A stretch of 32,000 bases of DNA from Gemmata obscuriglobus (GCF_008065095.1 NZ_CP042911.1:7800001-7832000); one strand, 5' to 3'. Counted from the stretch's first letter, positions 16,599-24,610 are shown. Numbers and translations are program-made. Notes: generated by a model from the letters alone, not told the origin.

Positions 16599-17586
16599 TG
16601 GCGCCTTCGCCCTGGCGCTGGCGGTCACCGCGGCCAGCGGGCAACCGCCGAAGGCCGACCCGCCGAAGAAGGCCGACAAGCCGGTCCCGAACCCGGTCGA
16701 CGCGACGGACGCGGCCATCGGGAGGGCGCTGGCCACCGACCCCGACGTGAAGATGGCCCAGGCCAAGATTCAGCTCGCCGAGGCCGAACTGGCGAAGGCG
16801 AGACAGACGATCACGCTCAAGGTGCTGGCGCTGAAATCGCGAGTGGAGCAAGGAAAGGCAGAGCTGCGCGTGGCCGAACAACATCTAGCCAATCAGGAAT
16901 TGAGCTTTAAGGCCAAGGTCGTGCCCGAGTCGGAGCTGTTTGCCCCGCGGAGCAAGTTTGAAACGGCGAAGGCGACGCTCGCGGCTGCCGAGGCCGAGTG
17001 GAAGTTGCTTACCGGGCCGGACAATAATGGGGAGGCAAAAATAATTCGTTTATATGAATCGTTAGCTGATCAGCGCATTGAATTGTCTTTCAGCCCGCCG
17101 ACGCAGCAGGCGCCGAACGCGGGTGCGTACCGCTGGTATGGAAGTGGCGCGAGCCCGGCTCCGATTACCGGCCCGATCCCGGACCGGCTCCGCGCTGTCC
17201 TTGATAAGCCGGTGAAAGTTGGTCCGAAGGGCGAAAAAGTGACTTTCGATAAAGCCTTGGAAGCATTTCAGAAACAGGCCGGGTTTGATATCCCTATTCG
17301 TGGGGATGTCGAACGGATCTTCCTGGACCGGCGCACAGTGGGCGGCGAGTCTCTTGCGACCACCATCATTTCGGAAGGCGAGACGCTGCCGATTGGGGCG
17401 TGGCTTCAACTCTTTCAGGACATCGGCCGCGGGACGTTTTACGTACGCGAGTACGGGTTGCTCGTGTCCGACCGGAAAGCAGGGCCACCAGACGCACCGA
17501 CATTCACCGAGTTCTGGAAGCAGGCCGCGCCCAAGCCGGAACCGAAACCGAAGTCCGATCCGGTTCCCGAACCGAAGCCGAAGTGA
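16576..17586 (+). CDS. Secreted coiled-coil protein, hypothetical
   Basis: 336 aa. A strong SD, aaggag, lies 7 nt upstream of ATG 16576. It overlaps the preceding gene by 23 nt. Signal peptide MRRLVTISGAFALALAVTAASG, then a heptad-like region (AQAKIQLAEAELAKARQTITLKVLALKSRVEQGKAELRVAEQHL), a globular C-terminal part and a PK-rich tail (KPEPKPKSDPVPEPKPK). Confidence 0.7.
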   Translation: MRRLVTISGAFALALAVTAASGQPPKADPPKKADKPVPNPVDATDAAIGRALATDPDVKMAQAKIQLAEAELAKARQTITLKVLALKSRVEQGKAELRVAEQHLANQELSFKAKVVPESELFAPRSKFETAKATLAAAEAEWKLLTGPDNNGEAKIIRLYESLADQRIELSFSPPTQQAPNAGAYRWYGSGASPAPITGPIPDRLRAVLDKPVKVGPKGEKVTFDKALEAFQKQAGFDIPIRGDVERIFLDRRTVGGESLATTIISEGETLPIGAWLQLFQDIGRGTFYVREYGLLVSDRKAGPPDAPTFTEFWKQAAPKPEPKPKSDPVPEPKPK

Positions 17587-17605
17587 ACGCACACGGGTGC
17601 CCGCG

Positions 17606-17716
17606 CCTGGGACCGCGGACGTGCCGTCCGCTGCTCCGGGGATTCGGTCGCTTGGCGGAATGCCGGGTCGCACGCTTCACACGCATATCAGCGGACGGGA
17701 CGTCCGCGGTCCCAGG
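17606..17716. repeat. Long hairpin (28-nt arms, 27/28, 55-nt spacer) after the sigma-factor operon
   Basis: Arm 1 is 17606-17633, cctgggaccgcggacgtgccgtccgctg. The reverse complement of arm 2 (17689-17716) is cctgggaccgcggacgtcccgtccgctg. It begins 20 nt after the stop at 17586. Confidence 0.8.
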
Positions 17717-17918
17717 GACAGACGACACACCCTCCGCATTCGGTGTTCGAGATCATCACCGCGCCCGTCATTTCTACCCGTGTAAATCGTAGCAGTTTCG
17801 ACACAACCCTTCTTCGGTGGACTGAACATCCTAAACCTTACCAGAGCTCTGGCTTGAGGGTTCGGAGTGCAATTGGCTCTGGTAGATCAGGCAAAACAAG
17901 CGGAGCCGAGCGGGGGTA

Positions 17919-18701
17919 AGTAATAGACCTCATTCACGATATCCGCGGATTCGTATTCGAGCGGTGCCGATCTCGTCGCGGTGAGGGTTCCCATCATCGT
18001 GCGTCTGGACAACCTGCGGAAGCACCGGGCCGTGCTCGGGCACCTGACCGGGCTGACGGTCGCGGCGTCCGACGCGCTGGTGCGGGACCTGGCCCCGGTG
18101 GTGGAGGCGGGGCACCGCAGGAAGCTGGACCGCCCGGACCGGCCGCGGGCGGTGGGCGGGGGCGACCACGTCGATCGGTCCACCGCGGACCAACTGCCGC
18201 TCACCGTCATCTGGCCGCGCCAGTAACCCGACCAACGGGGTACTCGGGTTCCTGTTCGGGGTGTCCGACTCGACCGCCAGCCGGGTCCGCACCCGGTGCG
18301 TGCCGGTGCTAGCCAAGGCGGGCCGGGACACCATGCGGATGCCGGACGCGGGTCGGGGCTCCTGAACCGGCTCCCGGACGGTGCGGGGCACGCGGGGATC
18401 TGGGGTACACAGGGATTCGGGACCGGCCCCCGTCGGGTGCGTGCCCCCCGGCGCACGCCGCGCGGGCAGGAGCGGCCGCCCCGAGGACCGCGTGTTCCGC
18501 CGCCGCATCGGGGTCGCGCACGCGATCGGGCGGCCCCGCCGGTTCCGCTCCCGATCCCATGTGAACCGGCACCCGCGGCGTGTTCAGGCCGCGGCCGGGT
18601 TGGTCAATCGGATGCTCGACCACCGGGCCAAGGCCGCTTGAGCACCGGATGGGGAGAGGGGGCCGAACACCCTCACGCTATCGTGAATGAGGTATATTAC
18701 T
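17919..18701 (+). mobile_element. Non-autonomous remnant of an IS (DDE_Tnp_4 / IS5-superfamily-like) with intact terminal inverted repeats
   Basis: The left end, 17919-17941, is agtaatagacctcattcacgata. The reverse complement of the right end (18679-18701) is agtaatatacctcattcacgata, 22/23 identical. The interior carries a fragmented transposase reading frame (next feature). Confidence 0.8.
17981..18641 (+). pseudogene. Transposase pseudogene (HTH_Tnp_4 + DDE_Tnp_4 type), frameshifted and internally deleted
   Basis: Frame A reads ...LDNLRKHRAVLGHLTGLTVAASDALVRDL...DQLPLTVIWPRQ then stops. Removing one A from cagtaacccgacc (near 18225) restores QYPTNGVLGFLFGVSDSTASRVRTRCVPVLAKAGRDTMRMPDAGRGS. 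After that, pieces occur in three frames: GLLNRLPDGAG, GDLGYTGI, PRRTPRGQERPP, and EDRVFRRRIGVAHAIGRPRRF...VQAAAGLVNRMLDHR. Relative to my memory of intact family members, about 95 aa carrying the first two catalytic Asp residues is missing between MPDAGRGS and GLLNRLP. Confidence 0.7.
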
Positions 18702-18802
18702 GCGTCCAACGGCCCCTGCACGATGTTGCAACCGCTCGCCCCGCGAGCGGACCGCATTCAAAGCCGCCACTCGCCGCGGCACTGCGTGTGCCCGGGAACA
18801 GA

Positions 18803-20119
18803 CTATTCGGCGCGGATCACCCGGCGGACGCCCACGTTCAGCTTGCCGTCGCGCTCGGCCGCGAGCAGCTTCGCGACCACGTCCGCGCCCTTGACTACCT
18901 TTCCGAACGGGACCACGTCGCCCGTTCCGCCGGCCGGCGGCACGCCGACGAACACCACGAACGCCCCGGGGGCGGTTCCGCCGCGCACCAGCGCAATGGT
19001 GCCGTCCGCGGGCTTCTCCTTCGACGCCGCGAGTTCGACTTTCGGCCCCTTCGCGGTGCGCTCGATCCACGCGGCGTTCGGACTCGCGCCGATTGTTCCG
19101 GTCGGGGGCGCTTGCCCGGTTCGCGTGGCGCGGTCGAACGCGCCGCTGTGGTAGCCGCCCTCGAGCGCGATTTTGAGGAACAGGGCCGCGGCCTCCGGCG
19201 CGGCCCTGGCGTCGAGTTCGACATCGAAGTCGCCCAGTTCGGTCTGGAGCGTGGCCCGGGGCCGGGCGCCGAGCGGGGCGTCGCGCCATTCGAACCGCGG
19301 CGCGCGTTTGGGATCGTACCCCGCGAGGTGCTTGGTGTCTTCCGGCTTGCGCTTCGCGGGGCGCTGGTACCGCCAGTCCTTGTCCCCGAACACCTCCTTG
19401 CAGAGCGCCGCAAGGGCCGGGTCGTAGTCCGTGAGCTTCTTGCGGGTGCGCACCTCGTTGTGCAGCGCGTCCGGCGGGGCGTTGTCGTCGAACCAGCACT
19501 GCACCCCTTCGGCCCAGTACTCGCTGTGGTTGGTGGCGGCGTACGTGTTCTTCCACAGCCCGCGGTCGAGCGCGGCCTGGTAGGCCGCCCGGAGCCGCTT
19601 GTCGAAGGTCGGGTCGGTTGTGCTCAAGCCGGTGCCGTGGATCGCGTGGGCGAACTCGTGAACGAAGATGTTCTCGCCCGGGTACGGGTCGCCGGCGTAG
19701 CCCAGCAGGTTCTCCTCGCCGCAACTGACCGCCGGGTTGGCGAGGGTCGCGCCCAGCCCGCGGGCGCGGCGGTCCCAGTACAGCTTCGGCTTCATGCGCG
19801 CGTGCTCGGGCACGTCGGTGGTGTACTCGGTCGCGGCCATCACCACGACACGAACCCGGTTCTTACGCATCGCGTCGAGGATGTCTTTTCGCCCGTCGAG
19901 CATCCGGTCGACGATCCAGGCCGCTTCCGCCAGCGCGTGGTCGGACACCTTCGCCGAGCCGACCACCAGCACCCCGGCGTCGGCGTACTTCTGGTAAAAG
20001 CGGTCGAGCTTCCACTCCTCGCGCACGCGGTCGGGAATCGGGCCGGGCTCGGCGCCGCCGGCCGGGCCGGCCAGTGCCCCCAGCAGAACCACCACGGCGC
20101 ATCGGAACGGGTGCGTCAT
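18803..20119 (-). CDS. Secreted HEXXH zinc metallopeptidase-like domain fused to a cyclophilin-type peptidyl-prolyl isomerase domain
   Basis: Same frame as track ORF 18803..20461. ATG 20119 gives the signal peptide MTHPFRCAVVVLLGALAGPAGGAEP. The N-domain has ENIFVHEFAHAIH and a downstream NHSEYWAEGVQCWF, giving a gluzincin-like HEXXH...E pattern. The C-domain (TLQTELGDFDVELDARAAPEAAALFLK...GYHSGAFDRA...GTIALVRGG...FVVFVG...VVPFGKVVKGADVV) follows the cyclophilin pattern. 438 aa. Confidence 0.7.
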   Translation of the reverse strand: MTHPFRCAVVVLLGALAGPAGGAEPGPIPDRVREEWKLDRFYQKYADAGVLVVGSAKVSDHALAEAAWIVDRMLDGRKDILDAMRKNRVRVVVMAATEYTTDVPEHARMKPKLYWDRRARGLGATLANPAVSCGEENLLGYAGDPYPGENIFVHEFAHAIHGTGLSTTDPTFDKRLRAAYQAALDRGLWKNTYAATNHSEYWAEGVQCWFDDNAPPDALHNEVRTRKKLTDYDPALAALCKEVFGDKDWRYQRPAKRKPEDTKHLAGYDPKRAPRFEWRDAPLGARPRATLQTELGDFDVELDARAAPEAAALFLKIALEGGYHSGAFDRATRTGQAPPTGTIGASPNAAWIERTAKGPKVELAASKEKPADGTIALVRGGTAPGAFVVFVGVPPAGGTGDVVPFGKVVKGADVVAKLLAAERDGKLNVGVRRVIRAE

Positions 20120-20519
20120 CACTCGTACTCTCGGTGTGGAAGAAGCCGTTCGCTGACCGGTCGCTGTGGCGCGGCCGGTTCGCGTTCCCGCGGAGCCCTC
20201 GGCGCGCGAGGAGCGGGGCAAGAATAAGGGGCGGCGGGCCGGATTGCACGGCGCTCTGATACGCGATTCGGTTGGCGGCGTTTGCTGCTCGTGGCACGGA
20301 CAGGTTCCCGTCTGTGCCACGGCTACGGCGTATTCGGTAGTGCGGTGGCCGCTGGGGCCTGCGCCGTTGGTTTGGTGTTCGCGGCGGTGTTGGGTGTGAA
20401 GGTGATGATCCGGTCCCCGCAGGTGGTGACGGGTGGGCCGGTGCCTCCGGTCATCCGCCACGCGCGGACCCGCAGACTCACCCCGACCAACAGCAGCCGG
20501 TACGCCGGGTCGTCGCGGG

Positions 20520-21239
20520 CTACTCGCCCAGGTACGCTTCGCGGATGCGGGGGTCGTGGAGCAGCACGTCGGCGCGGTCGGTGCAGGTGATGCGGCCCGT
20601 CTCCAGCACGTACCCGCGGTGCGCCACCTTCAGCGCCATGCGGGCGTTCTGCTCCACCAGCAGCACCGACATCCCCTGTTCGCGGTTCAGGGTGCGGATC
20701 ACGTCGAAGATCTGCACCACGATCTGCGGGGCCAGCCCGAGCGACGGCTCGTCCAGCAGCAGCAGCTTGGGCCGGGACATGAGCGCGCGGGCGATGGCCA
20801 GCATCTGCTGCTCGCCGCCGGAGAGCAGCCCGCCCGGCTGGGCCTGGCGCTTCTCCAGGATCGGGAACATCGAGTAGGCCTTCTTGATGTCGGCCCGGAC
20901 CCCGTCGGCGTCGGCGCGGGTGAACGCGCCCATCTCGAGGTTCTCGCGCACCGTCAGCCGGGCGAAGATCTTGCGGCCCTCGGGGGACTGCGCGAGCCCC
21001 AGCCGCACGATGTTGTGCGCCGGCACCCCGGCGAGCGGCTTCCCGTCGAACGTGACGCTCCCGGCCCGCGTCTTCACGACGCCGGAGACGGCGTTGAGGG
21101 TGGTGGTCTTGCCGGCGCCGTTGGCGCCGATCATGGTCACGATCTCGCCGGGGTTCACCGTCAGCGAGAGCCGGTGCAGCACGTTGATCGGGCCGTACCC
21201 GGCTTCGAGGTCGCGCACTTCGAGCAGCGGGGCACTCAC
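20520..21239 (-). CDS. livF: Branched-chain amino acid ABC transporter ATP-binding protein
   Basis: Same frame as track ORF 20520..21923. GTG 21239-21237 overlaps the livG stop (GTGA). Walker A GANGAGKTT, signature LSGGEQQML, Walker B LLLLDEPS, and the C-terminal REAYLGE typical of LivF. 239 aa. Confidence 0.9.
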   Translation of the reverse strand: MSAPLLEVRDLEAGYGPINVLHRLSLTVNPGEIVTMIGANGAGKTTTLNAVSGVVKTRAGSVTFDGKPLAGVPAHNIVRLGLAQSPEGRKIFARLTVRENLEMGAFTRADADGVRADIKKAYSMFPILEKRQAQPGGLLSGGEQQMLAIARALMSRPKLLLLDEPSLGLAPQIVVQIFDVIRTLNREQGMSVLLVEQNARMALKVAHRGYVLETGRITCTDRADVLLHDPRIREAYLGE

Positions 21240-22393
21240 GACACTTCCTCCGACCCGAGGTACGCTTCGATGACTTTGGGGTCGCGGGCGATCTCGGCGG
21301 GCGTGCCCTCGGCGATCTTGACCCCGAAGTTGAGCACCGCGATGCGGTCCGAGATGCCCATGACGAGGTTCATGTGGTGCTCGATCAGGAGCACCGTCAC
21401 CCCGGTGTCGCGGATGCGGCGGATGAGCCCCATGAGGTCGACGGTCTCGCTCGGGTTCATGCCCGCGGCGGGCTCGTCGAGCAGCAAGAGCCGCGGGGCG
21501 GTGGCCAGGGCGCGGGCGATCTCCAGCCGCCGCTGGTCGCCGTAGGGGAGGTTCTTGGCCAGCTCGTTGTGCTTGCCCGCCAGCCCGACGAACGCGAGCA
21601 GCTCGGCCGCCCGCCGCTCGGCCGCGGACTCCGCGCGCCGCGCCGCGCCGGCCCCGCACGCGGCCAGCACCGGGCTGCCGGGGATCGCGCGCGTCATGCC
21701 GACGAGGACGTTCTCCAGCACCGTCATCGAGTGGAACAGCCGGATGTTCTGGAACGTGCGGGCGATGCCGTTCTGCGAGATCACGTCCGCCGACCGCCGG
21801 GACCGGCGCCACGTGACGAGCGCGCCGGCGGTCCCGATCAGCGTGCCGAGCCCGAAGGCCAGCCCCGCCGTGAGCGGCCGGTCGGCCACGTGCGCCCGCG
21901 CCGCCCGGGCCGCGTCGCCCCACGGGAACGGGAACGCCGCGACCGCCGCCTTCTTCCGGGCCTCCTCGACCTTTTGCAGTTCCGCGTCGGTGAGCCGGGC
22001 GTCGGCGTCGGCGTTCTTTTCGGTCTCTTCAACAACGCGCAGGCCGATCTTCTCCTGCCGGGCGGCCTCCACCGCCCGGATCGACCGCTTCCAGAGCGTG
22101 TCCGCGTTCACCGCGAACAGCGTCAGGACGAGCCCCACCGCCAGCCCGGTGAGCGCGGCACCGGCGGCGACCCGCCAGGTGAACGGCCGGACGAGCGATC
22201 GGCCCTCGAACTCGATCGCCCCGGCGGTCGGCTCGTAGATGCCGGTGACCGCGTTGAACACGGTCGTCTTCCCGGCGCCGTTCGGGCCGATCACGGAGAA
22301 AATGTGCCCCCGCTCGATGTCCAGATCGACGCCGTTGACGGCGGTGATCCCGCCGAACCGCATCATCAGCTTCGTAACCTTCAAGAGGGCCAT
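21236..22393 (-). CDS. livG: Branched-chain amino acid ABC transporter ATP-binding protein with a large internal insertion
   Basis: 385 aa. MALLKVTKLMMRFGGITAVNGVDL, Walker A GPNGAGKTT, Q-loop context GIARTFQNIRLF, signature YGDQRRLEIARAL, Walker B LLLLDEPAAG, and the C-terminal EAYLG. An insertion of about 125-135 aa lies between residues about 68 and 203 (see findings). Confidence 0.9.
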   Translation of the reverse strand: MALLKVTKLMMRFGGITAVNGVDLDIERGHIFSVIGPNGAGKTTVFNAVTGIYEPTAGAIEFEGRSLVRPFTWRVAAGAALTGLAVGLVLTLFAVNADTLWKRSIRAVEAARQEKIGLRVVEETEKNADADARLTDAELQKVEEARKKAAVAAFPFPWGDAARAARAHVADRPLTAGLAFGLGTLIGTAGALVTWRRSRRSADVISQNGIARTFQNIRLFHSMTVLENVLVGMTRAIPGSPVLAACGAGAARRAESAAERRAAELLAFVGLAGKHNELAKNLPYGDQRRLEIARALATAPRLLLLDEPAAGMNPSETVDLMGLIRRIRDTGVTVLLIEHHMNLVMGISDRIAVLNFGVKIAEGTPAEIARDPKVIEAYLGSEEVS

Positions 22394-22488
22394 AGGCTCA
22401 GGGGGCAGGAGGCAGGAATAATCGAGCGTCGGGAAGCCGGCCAGAGATCAGGTGAGGGGCGCGAAGGGGCGCCGCGCCCCGAAACGGT

Positions 22489-23631
22489 TCACGCGCGGGC
22501 GGCCCCGCCGGCCTCGTGCCCCTCGACCTCCGCCCGCGCGGCGGCCTCGCCGGCGGCTTCGTCCTTTTCGGGGTGCAGCTCGCGCTTCTGGCGCGCGGAC
22601 GGGAGCAGCCCTTCGGGGCGCAGCCGCATCATCAGGATGAGCGCCAGCCCGAAGATGCACAGCCGCCACCCACTCACCTTCAGGTACTCTTTGCCGTTCG
22701 GGTTCAGCTTCTGCGCTTGCAGCCAGTTGTCCAGCAGCGGGGTGAGGATCTGGTCGTAGCCCACCAGCAGCACCACGCCGAGAATCACCCCGGGCCGGTT
22801 GCCGAGCCCGCCGAGGATCACGCAGCACAGCGCGATCATGGACCGCTCGAACCCGTACGCCTTCGGCTCCGTGGTGCCGTTCTGCGACACCGCGAACAGC
22901 GCCCCGGCCAGCCCGGCCAGCCCGGCGCCCAGCGCGATCGCCGAGAGCTTCAGCCGGGCCGGGTTGAGCCCCATGCACGACGCCGCGAGCTCGTCCTCGC
23001 GCAGCGCGACCCACGCGCGGCCCAGGCGGCTCCGCTCCAGGTTCCGCAGGAAGACCACCACCGCCGCCAGGAGGCCGAGGCACAGGTAGTACAGGTACGG
23101 GTACTTGCGCCAACTGTTGCTCCACCCGGGCCGCGACTTCGGCAGCACCGGGTCGTCGATGCCCGGGAAGAAGTCCGGCGCCACCGGCGTGAGGCCCTGC
23201 GTCCCGTCGGTGATCGCGGCCAGGTTGCGGATCACGTAAATGGTGATGAGCCCGAACCCGAGGGTGACCAGCGCCAGGTAGTCGCCGCGCAAGCGCAGCG
23301 TGGGCGCGGTGGTGGCCACGCCCACCGCCGCCGCGGCCAGCGCGGACGCGACCGCGACCACCACGAAACTGGAGCCGAAGGGGAACGCGGTGGTGGTGAG
23401 CACGCCGGCGGTGTACGCGCCGATGCCGAAGAACGCCGCGATCCCGAGGTGCAGCAGGCCGGTGTACCCGACCACCACGTTCAGGCCCAGCGCCAGGATC
23501 ACGAAGCACAGCACCGGGATGGCCTGGGTGCCGTAGATCGGGGCGTCCCGGTACGGCAGGAACGGCACCGCCGCCAGCAGCACGAACCCCGCGACCATCC
23601 AGTACCCGAGCGCGCCGCGCACCAGACTCAT
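22489..23631 (-). CDS. livM: Branched-chain amino acid ABC transporter permease
   Basis: Same frame as track ORF 22489..23721. ATG 23631 overlaps the livH stop (ATGA). MSLVRGALGYWMVAGFVLLAAV..., LNVVVGYTGLLHLGIAAFFGIGAY, multiple TM segments, and a charged C-terminal tail. 380 aa. Confidence 0.88.
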   Translation of the reverse strand: MSLVRGALGYWMVAGFVLLAAVPFLPYRDAPIYGTQAIPVLCFVILALGLNVVVGYTGLLHLGIAAFFGIGAYTAGVLTTTAFPFGSSFVVVAVASALAAAAVGVATTAPTLRLRGDYLALVTLGFGLITIYVIRNLAAITDGTQGLTPVAPDFFPGIDDPVLPKSRPGWSNSWRKYPYLYYLCLGLLAAVVVFLRNLERSRLGRAWVALREDELAASCMGLNPARLKLSAIALGAGLAGLAGALFAVSQNGTTEPKAYGFERSMIALCCVILGGLGNRPGVILGVVLLVGYDQILTPLLDNWLQAQKLNPNGKEYLKVSGWRLCIFGLALILMMRLRPEGLLPSARQKRELHPEKDEAAGEAAARAEVEGHEAGGAARA

Positions 23632-24578
23632 ACCTTCTCCCGCGTGCGGGCCCCGAGGATACCGTTGGGCCGGAAAATCAGGATCACGATCAGGATCGCG
23701 AAGATGAGCGCCTCGCTCCACTGCTCGCCGACGTAGGCGCTGCCGAGCGAGCGGACGAGGCCGATGATGATGCCGCCGAGCACCGCCCCGGGGATGTTGC
23801 CGATCCCGCCGAGCACCGCCGCGGTGAACGCGTACAGCCCGGTCTGGAACCCCATCATGTAGCCGACGGTGTTGTTGTACAGCCCGTACACCACCGCCGC
23901 GACCCCGCCGAGCCCGCCGCCGATCGCGAACGTCGCGGCGATCACGCGGTCCACGTTGATGCCCATGAGCTGGGCCGCGGTCGGGTTCTGGGCGGTCGCC
24001 CGCATCGCCTTCCCGAGGGACGTGTACCGCACGAACACGGTCAGCGCGACCATCACCGGGAGGGTCACCGCGAGCACCATGATGTGCTTGTAGTTGAGCG
24101 CGATCCGGGCGCCGGGGGTCAGGTTGTCCTGCGGGACCAGTTTGGGGAAGTTCAGGTCGTAGGTGCCCATCCAGAACACGCCGATGTTCATGAAAATGAA
24201 GCTGACCCCGATGGCGGACACCAGCGGGGCCAGCTTCGGCGCGTTCCGCAGCGGCTTGTAGACGACCCGGTCTACGGTCACGTTGAGCCCGGCGCAGAAC
24301 ACCGGCGCCGCGACCAGCATCAGTAGGATGGTGGGCAGCGCGGCGGCGCCGGTGGCCTCGCCGGTGGCGGTCGCGGCCCCGACCCAGATGGCGACCTGGA
24401 GCGCCAGGAACGAGCCCAGCATGAACAGGTCGCCGTGGGCGAAGTTGATCAGCTCGATGATGCCGTACACCATCGTGTAGCCGAGCGCGATGAGCGCGTA
24501 CAGCAGGCCGGTCACCAGCCCGATGAGCAGGTACTGGTAGAACGCGGGGCCGAGGGCAGTGGCGAGCGAGTCGAGCAT
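23628..24578 (-). CDS. livH: Branched-chain amino acid ABC transporter permease
   Basis: Same frame as track ORF 23628..25886. ATG 24578 gives MLDSLATALGPAFYQYLLIGLVTGLLYALIALGYTMVYGIIELINFAHGDLFMLG, the characteristic LivH N-terminus. 316 aa. Confidence 0.9.
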   Translation of the reverse strand: MLDSLATALGPAFYQYLLIGLVTGLLYALIALGYTMVYGIIELINFAHGDLFMLGSFLALQVAIWVGAATATGEATGAAALPTILLMLVAAPVFCAGLNVTVDRVVYKPLRNAPKLAPLVSAIGVSFIFMNIGVFWMGTYDLNFPKLVPQDNLTPGARIALNYKHIMVLAVTLPVMVALTVFVRYTSLGKAMRATAQNPTAAQLMGINVDRVIAATFAIGGGLGGVAAVVYGLYNNTVGYMMGFQTGLYAFTAAVLGGIGNIPGAVLGGIIIGLVRSLGSAYVGEQWSEALIFAILIVILIFRPNGILGARTREKV

Positions 24579-24610
24579 CGGAACTCGTGGCGGGCGTGGT
24601 CTCTGCGGGC

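Noticed and set aside
1885-17716. Possibility that the repeated palindromic elements form a CRISPR array
   Set aside because: They are inverted repeats, not direct repeats. They are single copies at separate gene junctions kilobases apart, differ in sequence, and have no regular repeat-spacer periodicity. No cas genes are present.
17910-18710. Target-site duplication flanking the IS remnant
   Set aside because: The flanks are gggggta on the left and gcgtcc on the right. No direct repeat of 2-9 nt could be aligned at either plausible boundary, so no TSD is claimed.
18296-20227. 643-aa + strand ORF running from the IS remnant through the metallopeptidase gene
   Set aside because: Its first part is one of the broken transposase frames. 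The rest is antisense to a gene with a signal peptide and HEXXH and cyclophilin patterns.
20120-20519. Possible gene in the 400-nt gap between the peptidase start and the livF stop (for example + strand ORF 20282..20590, which has one hydrophobic stretch)
   Set aside because: Codon third positions are mixed rather than GC-biased. The ORF overlaps the livF 3' end and has no SD or family features. The region more likely holds the peptidase promoter and a liv terminator (an imperfect hairpin around 20291-20323).
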